Below, in pieces: positions 1 to 9,388 of a DNA stretch of 32,108 nt. A program made the translations under genes and the position numbers. Positions within the stretch are counted from its first letter, which is position 1, and each line of letters starts with the position of its first letter. This DNA is from an uncultured Nitrososphaerota archaeon (lineage in GTDB: Archaea; Thermoproteota; Methanomethylicia; Nezhaarchaeales; WYZ-LMO8). The stretch spans positions 5,780 through 37,887 of the forward strand of contig CAZPGS010000003.1 of assembly GCA_964586135.1 (NCBI GenBank). The letters run 5' to 3'. A model generated the notes under the pieces. That model was given only the letters and a program-made list of their open reading frames with translations, was not told the DNA's origin and did not search any database.

Positions 1-42
1 TGGGCGTAGGTCTAGTGTTGGTCTAGACCCAAGGTCGCTAAA

Positions 43-280
43 GGCGTTGCGGGTTACAACTGAAAGCCTCGCCCTTCAGGGCGGGGATGATGGGGGAAAG
101 CCTATGAAGCGCCCTGTTCCTAGTTAGTAGTTGATATAGCCCCGAGCCCTGAGAGGGGTAGGGTAATGGGCCGGAGGCCCGGCCCGGGATTAAATCTCCA
201 CCACGGGGAGATATAATCCCAAACCTCCCAGCCCTAGGGGGCGAGGAACCCCCGCCTCTTCAGGGCGGGGAGGAGGTCAG
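43..280 (+). mobile_element. Non-autonomous IS200/IS605-family remnant (both end hairpins, no intact tnpA/tnpB)
   Basis: Two near-identical subterminal hairpins: AAAG-CCTCGCCC-TTCA-GGGCGGGG (63-86) and GAAC-CCCCGCCTC-TTCA-GGGCGGGG-AGGAGG-TCAG (246-280). This is the layout of IS200/IS605 left and right ends. Internal hairpins at 168-185 and 186-220. Left boundary approximate. Confidence 0.7.
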
Positions 281-629
281 GGGTAATGCTAGCAGGCAAA
301 GGCCTCATCTAGGGAAAAAGCCTTAAACCCTTACGATATTTGACGCGGTCACGATTAATAAGATAAGTTGCTAGGTAAAGGCGGTACTCTTCCTCGCGTA
401 TCGTAAACTTAACGGTCACGGTCGTGAGTTGCGCATCAAGTTCGTCAGGTAGACCATGTAAGGCTTCGCGAGTTTGGAACTTGAGATGTGACAGGGGAGT
501 CGATGCACGGCCATCTCTAAAGATTCTCAGAGATGGGATCATCAGAACCCTCACCCAATTAGATTTGGCTCACTGGTTTTGACGGCATCCTTATCTACTA
601 CTCTTACTCACGCTACGCCTGGTGGTCTT

Positions 630-1409
630 GTGGAGGCATTTACCGTGGAGATAATAACCGTGGGCAACGAGCTCCTAAGCGGGCGAGTCGTCAATACCAA
701 CGCCTCTTGGATCGCTGACAACGTTACCAGGCTGGGGGGATTGGTCAAGAGGATTACAATGGTGGGCGACGACGTCGAGGAATGTAGTGCGGCGATAAGA
801 GAGGCCTTGGCCCGTAAGCCCAGGCTAATAATCACGACAGGTGGTCTGGGCCCGACGTTCGATGACAGGACCCTCGAGAGCATAGCCGTCGCCTTGGGCC
901 TCTCCATGGAGCTCAGCGAAGAAGCTTTGCGCATGATCGAAGAGAAGTATGGGAGGGAGGTAACACCCCCTAGGCTCAAGATGGCCAGGCTCCCGAGAGG
1001 AGGCAAACCCCTCTATAATCCCGTAGGGACGGCTCCCGGATGCTTGATCGAGGCTGGCGACGTGGTCATGGTGGCTCTTCCAGGCGTGCCATCGGAGATG
1101 AAGGCCATGTTTGAAACGCACGTGAAGCCAATGATATTGAAGCTCTCTCGCGCAGCGTACGCTTCAAAGCTGGTTAAAGTGGACATGATCGAGGAATCCT
1201 CCTTGGCGCCGATGATCGAAGAGGTCATGAGGAAGTGCAAGGCAGTGTACGTGAAGTCGCGCCCCAAGAGGGACGGCGAGGCGTACATAGAGGTCGAGGT
1301 GTCGTCTAGAGCGCCGACGATGAAGGAGGCTGAGGAGAACGTCGCAGAGGCCTGCGAATTACTCAAGGAGCTGATCGTAAGAGCTGGCGCCAAGGCCCAG
1401 GAGATTTAG
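630..1409 (+). CDS. CinA-like / molybdopterin-binding-domain protein
   Basis: Motifs IITVGNELLSGRVVNTN, VGDD, TTGGLGPTFDDRT, NPVGTAPG, LPGVPSEM. GTG start at 630 after GGTGGT is preferred over 579. Confidence 0.85.
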   Translation: MEAFTVEIITVGNELLSGRVVNTNASWIADNVTRLGGLVKRITMVGDDVEECSAAIREALARKPRLIITTGGLGPTFDDRTLESIAVALGLSMELSEEALRMIEEKYGREVTPPRLKMARLPRGGKPLYNPVGTAPGCLIEAGDVVMVALPGVPSEMKAMFETHVKPMILKLSRAAYASKLVKVDMIEESSLAPMIEEVMRKCKAVYVKSRPKRDGEAYIEVEVSSRAPTMKEAEENVAEACELLKELIVRAGAKAQEI

Positions 1410-1452
1410 AAAGCGCTCGCTGTTGCTCTTCTCGCACCACCGTATTGTTCGA

Positions 1453-2574
1453 TTACGTAGAGCGAGGCAATCTCGCGGCTAGGCTCGCCAACCTCCTCAA
1501 TGCCTCTCTCTTTTCCCTCCAATCAATGTTGGACTTGTCGATAGCCCCCTCCAAGAAGCCTATGACCTCGTCCATTCGATTTACATCGACTGGGTGCGGC
1601 ACACCATCCTTTCCGCCAAAGGCAAATGAATACTTAACCGGGTCCTTCCAGCTCAACTTTGCCCCAAATATCAGCTCCGCTATTAGCGCTAGGCTCCTTA
1701 TGGTCAGAGGCCCCATGCCCTCTATTAGTAGGAGCTCCTCAAAGCTCGAGGGGCTGAAGTGGTAGGCTTGCTCTAGCGCGAGCCAGTTGACAAAGCGTGG
1801 GAGCTTGTAGACCTCGATGTCCACAACGCCTTGCCTTTGGAGCCAAGCGTCCAACGGCCCCCGTACCTTCGCTGTAGCGGCTTTGATGAGCCGGCCGACC
1901 TTCTTGGGCCCCTCTTTGGCAATATCGACGCAAAGCCTTCTAGCCTCCGAGCTCTCTTTGTCAGTCAAGTTCAAGACGTGATCGTGGACCACGTCTCCCA
2001 CGATCCCTTTATGGGGCTCTTCCGTAAAGCTTTTGAGCTCAGTGGAAAGCCAATGAAATCTCCTAGCGAACCTCTCTACGGGCCTCATGCCCTGCTGTAT
2101 CACAGCCCAAGAGCCGTTCTCGGCTATGAAGAACGTGTGGTGGTAGAGCTGATAGCCAGCCTGTATGGCCGACGTATCTATTTTGGCTACGAGCCTGCTA
2201 ATCCTGACGAAGTTTGAGGCCTCGTCCTCCATTCCGTAGGACTTGCTCACGCATATTATCTCTTGAGGCGTGAGCCTCGAGGCCTTGCCTTTTCCTCCAC
2301 ATGCCCTCACTCCTAGCTCCTTTTCCATCAGCGCCCTCTTAATTGCTGAGCAAGTGACTGTCGTGGTACCGCTGCTATCCCAGTCATAGCCCAAGGCGCA
2401 CGCTAAGGCCTGAAACCATAGGGGATCTGCTATCTTTTCCAAGAGCCCTGAGGGGCCATATTCGTCGACGATTATAGCTAACACGCACTTTGCTAGCCTG
2501 GCCATCCTCTCGTAGAGCCATTTAGGTGCTTTGCCGTCGTGTAGCGGTAGGTCGAAGGCCTTTCTGTACACCAT
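1453..2574 (-). CDS. DUF763 family protein
   Basis: Motifs DLPLHxGKAPxWL, DPxWFQ, DWDSSGTTTVT, GGKG, YHHTFF, AFGGKDGVPHPVD. Confidence 0.85.
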   Translation of the reverse strand: MVYRKAFDLPLHDGKAPKWLYERMARLAKCVLAIIVDEYGPSGLLEKIADPLWFQALACALGYDWDSSGTTTVTCSAIKRALMEKELGVRACGGKGKASRLTPQEIICVSKSYGMEDEASNFVRISRLVAKIDTSAIQAGYQLYHHTFFIAENGSWAVIQQGMRPVERFARRFHWLSTELKSFTEEPHKGIVGDVVHDHVLNLTDKESSEARRLCVDIAKEGPKKVGRLIKAATAKVRGPLDAWLQRQGVVDIEVYKLPRFVNWLALEQAYHFSPSSFEELLLIEGMGPLTIRSLALIAELIFGAKLSWKDPVKYSFAFGGKDGVPHPVDVNRMDEVIGFLEGAIDKSNIDWREKREALRRLASLAARLPRST

Positions 2575-2697
2575 CGAGATAGCTTTAGCGGGCAGGGCTT
2601 TAAGCCTTTTAACTGGCCTTCACTTAAATCTTATATAACTAACAAAGTTCATAGTTATCTAAGAGAAAAGTCCTCAGGATTTAGGAGTTAAGGAGTC

Positions 2698-3147
2698 ATG
2701 GAGGAAATCGACGAGATAGACTTAAAGATCCTCAGGATGTTGCAAGAGAACGCTAGGACCCCGTTCTCGAAAATAGCTTCCAGCATTGGAGTCAGCGAGG
2801 CCACGGTCCACCTCAGGGTTCAGAAGCTTAAGAGGTTAGGAGTCATTAAGGGGTTCAGGGCGACGATAGATTCAGTAAAGGTCGGGAAGGGACTCACGGC
2901 TATAGTTCTGCTAAAGGCCGATCCCCTGAAGTTCAAGGAGGCCCTGAAGAAGGTTGCTTCGATAGACGACGTCTACGAGGTCTACGACGTCACTGGCGAG
3001 TACTACGCCGTCCTGAAAATAAGGACCGACTCTAGAGAGAGCTTGGCCAAGATAATAGACAAGATAGGAGAGATCGAAGGGGTGACGTCGACTCAGACCA
3101 TGGTAGTCCTGCGCACGATAAAGGAGGAGGACAAAATAAACTTCTAG
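2698..3147 (+). CDS. Lrp/AsnC family transcriptional regulator
   Basis: N-terminal HTH (DEIDLKILRMLQENARTPFSKIA..GVSEATV..RVQKL...GVIKGF) and RAM domain (VYDVTGEY). TATA-like TTATATAA at 2631. Confidence 0.95.
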   Translation: MEEIDEIDLKILRMLQENARTPFSKIASSIGVSEATVHLRVQKLKRLGVIKGFRATIDSVKVGKGLTAIVLLKADPLKFKEALKKVASIDDVYEVYDVTGEYYAVLKIRTDSRESLAKIIDKIGEIEGVTSTQTMVVLRTIKEEDKINF

Positions 3148-3915
3148 TCAAACACGGAAGAAGCTCTTCGAGCTTGTGTAGAGCACTTCGTAGGCCTCCT
3201 CTACGTCGATTTTCTTGATCTCAGCAATCTTAGTGGCCGAGACCACTACGTTCGAGGGCTCGTTCCTCTTTTCGGGCTCGAGGCCTAGTACTGGGGCGTC
3301 GCTCTCAACCATCAAGTGCTCTAGGGGGATGGACTTTACAAGCTTGACCTTCTGCTGAGACCTCATCACTGAGGGCGGTATTGAAAACATGAAGCCTCTA
3401 GAGACGCCCTTTAATGCCCACCCGCTGCTCCCGTCGAAGGCGTGCATCAAAACCTTATCATAGCCCTCTTCTATCAAGACCTCAATAGCGTACTTTCCAG
3501 CGCTCCTCGAGTGAACCACTAAAGGTAAATTTAGCTCCGAAGCCACCTTGACCCAGAATCTAAAGATCTTAACCTGCTTCTCCCGCTCTTCCCCTTTCAC
3601 GGAGAAGAAGTCTAGGCCAACTTCTCCTATGGCCACGATCTTGTCGCGAAGCCTCTTTATTTCGCTGGCAACCTCCTCGGCGTCAAGCGTCGAGAGGTTT
3701 AGCGGGTCGAATCCTGCCGACACTCTAACGCAGTCATACTTTCTGGCTATGTCTAGCGCCTTCCCGAGTTCCCTCAAGCTTAACGTGGACGTGATGATGG
3801 TTTCAACGCCGCTATCCAAAGACCTCCTTACGACCTCGTCTCTATCGTGATCAAAGACCTCATCGTGTAAGTGACAGTGGACGTCAATAAACCTTGGCCC
3901 TCCTCTCCTCGACAT
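3148..3915 (-). CDS. tatD: TatD family hydrolase/nuclease
   Basis: Motifs IDVHCHL, AIGEVGLDF, VVHSR, MHAF, VESDAP, RNEP. Confidence 0.93.
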   Translation of the reverse strand: MSRRGGPRFIDVHCHLHDEVFDHDRDEVVRRSLDSGVETIITSTLSLRELGKALDIARKYDCVRVSAGFDPLNLSTLDAEEVASEIKRLRDKIVAIGEVGLDFFSVKGEEREKQVKIFRFWVKVASELNLPLVVHSRSAGKYAIEVLIEEGYDKVLMHAFDGSSGWALKGVSRGFMFSIPPSVMRSQQKVKLVKSIPLEHLMVESDAPVLGLEPEKRNEPSNVVVSATKIAEIKKIDVEEAYEVLYTSSKSFFRV

Positions 3916-4519
3916 ACCTCCCCCTCCTCCTTATCTCCTGGACTTTCTTTAAGACGGCATCCGCCTTACCGCCCACGACTTCTCTATAGCCCCTCAAGAA
4001 CTCCTCGAAGAACTCCTTCACCTTGTTGTGATGAGTGCTCTCAAGGGCCCTTAACATTAAGTGCACATCAGTCCCTATGGCCTCCAGTTCTCCGGTCCTC
4101 TCTGCCAGGCCGAAGTCTATGAAGAACGGTTTCTCGACCTCGGGGACGACTATGTTTGCGGGGGTTAAGTCTCCATGGACTATGTTGTTGATGTGCATCT
4201 TGCCAACGTAAAGGCCGACTAGCCTGAAGAGGGGGGCGACCTCGTAGCCCTTCAAGGCAAGCTCCTTTAAAGTCGGCCCGAGTATGTACTCCATTATTAT
4301 AATGCCTTCTTCTGGATCCACATCGTATATAGCTGGGACCGGGACGCCACAGGTCCTGACGTGGAACATCATGGTGGCCTCGTGAGAAGTCCTAGCCCTC
4401 CTGATGTAGTCGTCTAGCTCCTTGGCTCTATACGGCTTTGGGACCCTTTTCTTTAATATTGCTGGCAAGCCAAAGAAGTCTATCAAGTACAGCTCTGCTT
4501 CAGCGCCCTTCTTTATCAT
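3884..4519 (-). CDS. bud32: KEOPS kinase/ATPase Bud32
   Basis: Motifs KKGAEA, KKRVPKPYR, HGDLTPAN, IDFGLA, RRGRY; adjacent to kae1. ATG at 4519 chosen as start. Confidence 0.93.
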   Translation of the reverse strand: MIKKGAEAELYLIDFFGLPAILKKRVPKPYRAKELDDYIRRARTSHEATMMFHVRTCGVPVPAIYDVDPEEGIIIMEYILGPTLKELALKGYEVAPLFRLVGLYVGKMHINNIVHGDLTPANIVVPEVEKPFFIDFGLAERTGELEAIGTDVHLMLRALESTHHNKVKEFFEEFLRGYREVVGGKADAVLKKVQEIRRRGRYVEERRAKVY

Positions 4520-5516
4520 CTGCCCCTTGAATCCAAGGTATATCGACTTCATCGAGCCTCCACCTGGGCCTCACGTAGCTCTTCTCCACCTCTATCGTGA
4601 CCCCATGCGTATAGGCGAGCACGCCGGTCCAAGCTGTCATAGCGCCGTTGTCTCCAGCAAGGGCTTTGGGCACCACCCCGAACTTAGCGTTGTGTTCTGC
4701 TGCAACGATTTTTAGCTTCCTCTGGAGCTCGCTATTGGCCGCTACTCCGCCGGTTAGCACGAGCTCTCCCTTTTCCGTATAGGCTAAAGCCCTCTCGACC
4801 ACTTCGGCCAACATCGAGAACGCGTACTCTTGCAGGCTATAGCATAGGTCCTCAATCCTATGGCCCTCCTTTAAGAGCTTAATGGCAGCAGTCAGGAGCC
4901 CCGAGTACGACACGTCTTGCCCTTTAACTATGTATGGTAGCTTGGATAACCTCTCTCCTCTTCTTGCTAGCTCCTCGACCCTAGGTCCGCCCGGGTGCGG
5001 TAAGCCAGCTTCTCTAGCAAACGCATCGAGGAGGTTGCCGAGCGCTATGTCGAGCGTCTCTCCAAACACCCTATACCTCCCATCTGAGTATGCCGCTATT
5101 ATGGTGTTACCCCCTGAGACGAAGACTATCAGGGGGTCTCTGAAGCCCGTCGTGAGCTTGGCTATCTCTATATGTGCGACTGCGTGGTTTACCGGGACCA
5201 GCGGCTTATTGTATGCAACGGCAAGTGCTCTGGCTATAGTAGCACCGACTCTGAGGCAAGGCCCCAACCCCGGCCCCAAGGAGATCGCTATGGCGTCTAT
5301 GCGCTCTAGATTAACCTCGGCCTCGACAAGGGCCCTCTTAATGACCTTAGGAGCTACGTCGGAGTGGTGCTGAGCGCCCTCCCTGGGATGTATGCCTCCC
5401 CTAACTGGGATGTATGTGTCGTTGACGTTTGCCAAAATATTACCATCGGAGTCGACGATTCCGCAGCCAAAGGTATGCGCCGTAGACTCTATGCCCAACA
5501 CGATGACCTTGCTCAA
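4500..5516 (-). CDS. kae1: KEOPS tRNA threonylcarbamoyltransferase Kae1
   Basis: Motifs LGIESTAHT, GGIHPRE, GPGLGPCL, VNHAVAHIE, VSGGNT, GETLDIA, GGVAAN, DNGAM. Confidence 0.97.
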   Translation of the reverse strand: MSKVIVLGIESTAHTFGCGIVDSDGNILANVNDTYIPVRGGIHPREGAQHHSDVAPKVIKRALVEAEVNLERIDAIAISLGPGLGPCLRVGATIARALAVAYNKPLVPVNHAVAHIEIAKLTTGFRDPLIVFVSGGNTIIAAYSDGRYRVFGETLDIALGNLLDAFAREAGLPHPGGPRVEELARRGERLSKLPYIVKGQDVSYSGLLTAAIKLLKEGHRIEDLCYSLQEYAFSMLAEVVERALAYTEKGELVLTGGVAANSELQRKLKIVAAEHNAKFGVVPKALAGDNGAMTAWTGVLAYTHGVTIEVEKSYVRPRWRLDEVDIPWIQGADDKEGR

Positions 5517-5530
5517 CGATTATCCTCCGC

Positions 5531-5854
5531 TCACTTCTTGCCCTTCTCCTCTTCTCCCTCCTTCTTCCCGAAGTTCCTGGTCTTTATGTGCCTTGGCTCG
5601 ACCTCTTGCAACGTCTTCTCGCCTCGATATACGTGGACATGGGCCTCAGTAACGTTGGTTCCGGTGATGGTCCTTAAGTTCTTGACTATCACGAGGTTTT
5701 GAGGAGCGCTGAACATCGAGGAGACGAGCTCCCTTACTTCGCCCCTCGTAGGCGTCCTAGCGCCAGCGTGGTGTATCAGTAGGACGAGCTCCCTTCTGTC
5801 TAGGACCTTGTTCTCTAGATCCCTCAATACCTTAACTTGGTATTGTAGCGTCAT
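5531..5854 (-). CDS. rps24e: 30S ribosomal protein S24e
   Basis: NKVLDRRE, HxGxxTPTRxEVR, AHVHVY, EPRHI; usual synteny. Confidence 0.92.
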   Translation of the reverse strand: MTLQYQVKVLRDLENKVLDRRELVLLIHHAGARTPTRGEVRELVSSMFSAPQNLVIVKNLRTITGTNVTEAHVHVYRGEKTLQEVEPRHIKTRNFGKKEGEEEKGKK

Positions 5855-6386
5855 CGAGCTCCACCTCCTTCATAGAGGTTAAGAGTTCTTTAGCCTTCTC
5901 CTTATTATCCTTGTCCACTTTTATCAACACCACCCCAACGCCTGGCTGACCATAAGCAACTACCGTTCCCTCGGGCGAAGCGAGTATCGAAGGTATGACG
6001 AGCAAGTCCTCCTCTCCTCTCACAACCACGAGCCCTCCTTCTTCAAGTGCCTTGCTTATCTCATCCACTAGCGTGGAGACTATGTGACCGGGAGGGTTAA
6101 CGACTTCGCGCACCACCTTCATGCGCTCCCTCAGATCGACTTGATATGCTTCCCTCAAGGTCTTCATGTCGACTATAGCAAGCCTTGGCATTAAACCCCT
6201 CTCAAGAAACGTGTGAGTAGTTACGTCGCCTATAGTCACGATGGTATCGGCCATCATGTTCTTTAATGCCTCTTTTAGCTTCCCGAACTTTATTTCATCG
6301 TTTGTGATAACTAGACCCCACGGCCTGCTAAGCTCTCTCCTGAGCTCTTCGCTCAACTTGAAGGCCTTGAGCTTCAATGCTCTCAC
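5832..6386 (-). CDS. GTP-dependent dephospho-CoA kinase (DUF359)
   Basis: Motifs TIGDVTT, VDMKTLR, VNPPG, VRGEEDLL, YGQPGVG; lies between spt4 and rps24e. Confidence 0.9.
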   Translation of the reverse strand: MRALKLKAFKLSEELRRELSRPWGLVITNDEIKFGKLKEALKNMMADTIVTIGDVTTHTFLERGLMPRLAIVDMKTLREAYQVDLRERMKVVREVVNPPGHIVSTLVDEISKALEEGGLVVVRGEEDLLVIPSILASPEGTVVAYGQPGVGVVLIKVDKDNKEKAKELLTSMKEVELDDATIPS

Positions 6387-6592
6387 CTACACCTAATGGC
6401 GTATCTGCCGGGCTTTGTCAAGTTCAAAGTCTTAGCGATGGCGGAGTTTTCGGGGTCGAAGACTATGACGATACCGCTCCAGTCCGTTGTAAATTCGCTC
6501 GACTTGCAGTTGGGGCATATGTTCGCTTGGTTTGGGAGAAGAGCTTTGCACTTCAAACAACACTTAAATCGAGCCGAGGTTCTCTTGCTCAC
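6383..6592 (-). CDS. spt4: Transcription elongation factor Spt4 (RpoE'')
   Basis: CxxC..CPxC zinc ribbon, WSGIVIVFDPENSAIAK, PGRYAI. GTG start at 6592 overlaps the rpoE1 stop. Confidence 0.93.
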   Translation of the reverse strand: MSKRTSARFKCCLKCKALLPNQANICPNCKSSEFTTDWSGIVIVFDPENSAIAKTLNLTKPGRYAIRCR

Positions 6593-7167
6593 TTTTCTTT
6601 CACCTTGGCAGGGGCCTTCTCCTTCTTCAGGCTTTCCGCGATCCATTCCAGTTTTCCTAGAAACGGTTGTCTCATAGTCAAGCCGACCTTGACGTCGCTC
6701 AACCTCATGCCGGTCATGCTAACAGTCACGATTCTTGCTCTCACGCTATCGCCTTTCGAGAGTTTTCTCCTAGTCTGCTTACACAGGAGCTCGCCCTTCT
6801 TCCTATCGTAAGATATGTAGTCGTCGGCTACTTGCGATACGTGAATCAGTCCATCTATCGGTCCTATCCTCACGAAGGCCCCGAAGTCTACAACCTCTAC
6901 AACCTCTCCTTCCACCACTTCCCCCTCTACAGGGGCGTAGACGAGGGCCTCGAACTTAACCTTGTGATAGCTCGCACCATCTCCGGGCATTATTTTGCCC
7001 ACGGGGGAGACCTTCACCCTCACTATTGCGACTATTATCCCAAGGCCCTCTATGACGACCCCTTCATACACAGACCTTAGGCTATCGAATGCGACGTCTT
7101 CGAGTTTTTCGTTAAACCTGCTGGGTGGAATCCGGACCTCATCGGAAATAGTGGCCAAGTGGTACAT
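6589..7167 (-). CDS. rpoE1: RNA polymerase subunit Rpo7 (RpoE')
   Basis: VRIPPSRF, GDGASY, S1 domain FGAFVRIGPIDGLIHVSQ, GLTMRQPFLGKLEW. Confidence 0.97.
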   Translation of the reverse strand: MYHLATISDEVRIPPSRFNEKLEDVAFDSLRSVYEGVVIEGLGIIVAIVRVKVSPVGKIMPGDGASYHKVKFEALVYAPVEGEVVEGEVVEVVDFGAFVRIGPIDGLIHVSQVADDYISYDRKKGELLCKQTRRKLSKGDSVRARIVTVSMTGMRLSDVKVGLTMRQPFLGKLEWIAESLKKEKAPAKVKEK

Positions 7168-7254
7168 GGATGCTCCACCATGAGGCTAAATGCGGAGTGC
7201 CGCGTGAGTTTAGAGACCTTGCTCCCTTTTGTATTAAACTTTTTTGTAAAGTAG

Positions 7255-7674
7255 CTAAGGCTGATAGCCTTCTAGCTCAAATTTGCCATCGCTTTTCATG
7301 TAGATGACGTTCACGCCGCTCCTTCTCAACCTTCGCCTTAGCTCTCGATCATTTGTGGCGACTATGTAGTCCTCTCTCCTAGAGGCCTCGACTATAGCGT
7401 CGTCGACAGCTCTCTCGCCGTTCTCGACGACCTCAAACTCCTTTTTCTTCACGTACTCTAAGGCGGCACGGGCTATTCGAGCGGCCTTTTGCCTTTCATG
7501 GGAGCTCGCTATTCTCTCGAGCTCTCGAAGCTGTGACTTCAAGATGATCGGCCTAACCTTAGCTTCAAGCAGCTCTTCAACCCTCTCAACGACGTCCACT
7601 GGCCCCTCGAAAGCGGCCATCAAGAAGTTCGTGTCGAAGAGCACTTTAATCGCGATTTTACCTCCGCTCCTCAC
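7255..7674 (-). CDS. PIN-domain protein (Fcf1/Utp24-like)
   Basis: DTNFLM, VDDAIV, VATNDRELRRRL; conserved position downstream of aIF2gamma. Confidence 0.85.
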   Translation of the reverse strand: MRSGGKIAIKVLFDTNFLMAAFEGPVDVVERVEELLEAKVRPIILKSQLRELERIASSHERQKAARIARAALEYVKKKEFEVVENGERAVDDAIVEASRREDYIVATNDRELRRRLRRSGVNVIYMKSDGKFELEGYQP

Positions 7675-8960
7675 CTGATAATCCCGTACCCTATAAGCCT
7701 AAACCTTCCAGATATCTGGCGGCTTATCGCTACTCTAGTCCTCGGCTCCGCGCACACCGGCCTACGTAGCCTCACCGAGACCACGTCTTTAGAGGCCTTA
7801 GCGACAGCCCCCAATGTCGTGGCAGTGCCAACGTTTATCATTAAGACCTCGCCGGTCCTTATGCTCTCGACCTTAACCATGTCCACGGTCCCTACGGCCC
7901 TTTCGAATAACACTACTTCTAAGTCGAGGTCAAAGAGCGTTGGGGGGAGCGTCCCAGGCTTGCCCACGACGCTGCCGGCTAGGGAGTCCGATTTTGTGAG
8001 CGAAGGATCGAGAAGCGTGCCGAAGCCTATCAACCCTCCAGGTCTCGCCTCTTCCACTTCCACGTCGCCCGCCTTCAAGCTTACAACTTGAGTGTACAGC
8101 GGCTCATACTCGACCTTTCCGCCTCCCTTCTCCAACCTAATGCCGGGTCTTATCTCGATCTCATCGCCCGTTCTAGCAACACCCTGAATTATAGAACCCC
8201 CTAAAACCCCGCCCTTCAATTCCTCGGGCGTCGTTCCAGGCTTATTGACGTCGAAGGACCTAGCTATTAATGCTCTCAAAGGCTTCGTCGGGTCTCTCTT
8301 CGGGGTCGGAATGACTTTCTCTATGGTCTCTATCAAGACGTCGAGATTTGCCTTATGGAGAGCCGATATCGGAATTATCGGCGCATCCCTATACATGGTG
8401 TCCTTCAAGAACTCTCTTATTTGACGATAGTTCTCAACGACTTTATCTTTAGGAGCGACTTCTATTTTATTCTGCACCACCACCACGTTCTTGATGCCCA
8501 ATATTTCGAGGGCCTTTAGGTGTTCTCGCGTTTGGGGTTGAGGACATGGAACCGTAGCATCAATTACCAATATGGCTCCGTCGAATAGAGTAGCCCCTGC
8601 GAGCATCGTAGCCATCAGCATGTCACGTTGCACGCCCGTTTACGGGCGTGCAATCTCGTGTCCGGGGCAGTCTACGAATGAGTACTTTCTCAAAAACTCG
8701 AGCCTAGACCCGCAGTACTTGCACGTGGTCCCCGATAGCACGTAAGTTGTGTAGCACCGCGGAGGCGGGCACTTGGGGCACTTTAATACCGCAGTGTCGG
8801 CGTAGCCCAGCCTAAGCGTTATCCCCCTCTTTAACTCTTCAGAGTGCCTCGAAGCCCACACGCCCGAGAGGGCCCACGTCAAGGTAGTCTTACCGTGATC
8901 CACGTGACCCGTCGTGCCTATGTTCAGCTCAGCTTGCCTCTTCATCTGCTCCTCGGCCAC
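7671..8960 (-). CDS. eif2g: Translation initiation factor aIF2 gamma, intron-split: join(8960..8655, 8621..7671), 418 aa after splicing
   Basis: Exon 1 has [22 protein letters not shown], a zinc knuckle and DCPGHE. Exon 2 has [22 protein letters not shown] and RSFDVNKPG. Removing 33 nt restores DCPGHEMLMATML. Confidence 0.95.
8622..8654 (-). other. Putative 33-nt BHB-type mRNA intron in aIF2gamma
   Basis: Minus strand: CACG-AG^A-[TTGCACGCCCG TAAA CGGGCGTGCAA]-CGTG-AC^A. 4-bp central helix CACG/CGTG, 3-nt bulges, perfect 11-bp stem, in-frame TAA in the loop. Outer exon helix is weak. Confidence 0.88.
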
Positions 8961-9321
8961 GTCCCACCGCCTTCTCCTCGTGCTTTATGACCATGTTTAT
9001 CTGGACTATGTCCTCGGATATGGTGTTTCCGCGAACGAGCTTCCTCTTCCTTAAACCTCTCTTCTTGGCTCTAAAGCCCGGCCCTTGGCTCAGCAACAGT
9101 CTCCGTTTGACGGGCCCCGGAAGGTCAGGCAACATAGGCGCTCCGCTTCTATCACTCCCACCTCTGATGACTAACTTAACCCCCGGTACTCCAAGTAGCG
9201 CACCGTCAACTTCATCTCCTATCCTGAGCCCTACGAGGGCGCTTGCTTGAGGTCCGCTGACGGTTACTTGTCTGGCCTTTCCAGTCGCTGGGTCGGATAT
9301 GACCACTTTAAACTCAGGCGT
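8929..9321 (-). CDS. rps6e: 30S ribosomal protein S6e
   Basis: [45 protein letters not shown]. Start uncertain (ACG at 9321 or GTG at 9306). Confidence 0.95.
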   Translation of the reverse strand, partial: TPEFKVVISDPATGKARQVTVSGPQASALVGLRIGDEVDGALLGVPGVKLVIRGGSDRSGAPMLPDLPGPVKRRLLLSQGPGFRAKKRGLRKRKLVRGNTISEDIVQINMVIKHEEKAVGRGRGADEEAS

Positions 9322-9388
9322 TGTCTTTCACCCCCTTAGCATGAACACACTTCGAGGGTCAGCTAAAAACTTTGAGGCCCTTCGATTA

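Noticed and set aside
1-31. Hairpin GGTCTAG/CTAGACC with flanking TGGG/CCCA, as a possible fourth intron
   Set aside because: The pairings overlap and do not give clean 3-4-3 BHB geometry. No host gene is visible at the window edge.
309-554. 81-aa minus-strand ORF, and a TGATGA..CTGA box pair near 527-545
   Set aside because: No recognisable motif in the ORF. Only 8 nt separate the boxes and there is no convincing second pair.
4500-4552. kae1/bud32 overlap as a frameshifted or spliced Kae1-Bud32 fusion
   Set aside because: Both proteins are complete, bud32 has its own ATG, and there is no hairpin or BHB at the junction. Separate genes are common in archaea.
8640-8642. Sec/Pyl recoding or stop readthrough as the explanation of the split genes (also 11069-11071 and 31327-31329)
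   Set aside because: Three different stops are used, including TAA. Readthrough would leave 10-11 extra residues in GTPase switch regions, and the mtnA insert shifts the frame.
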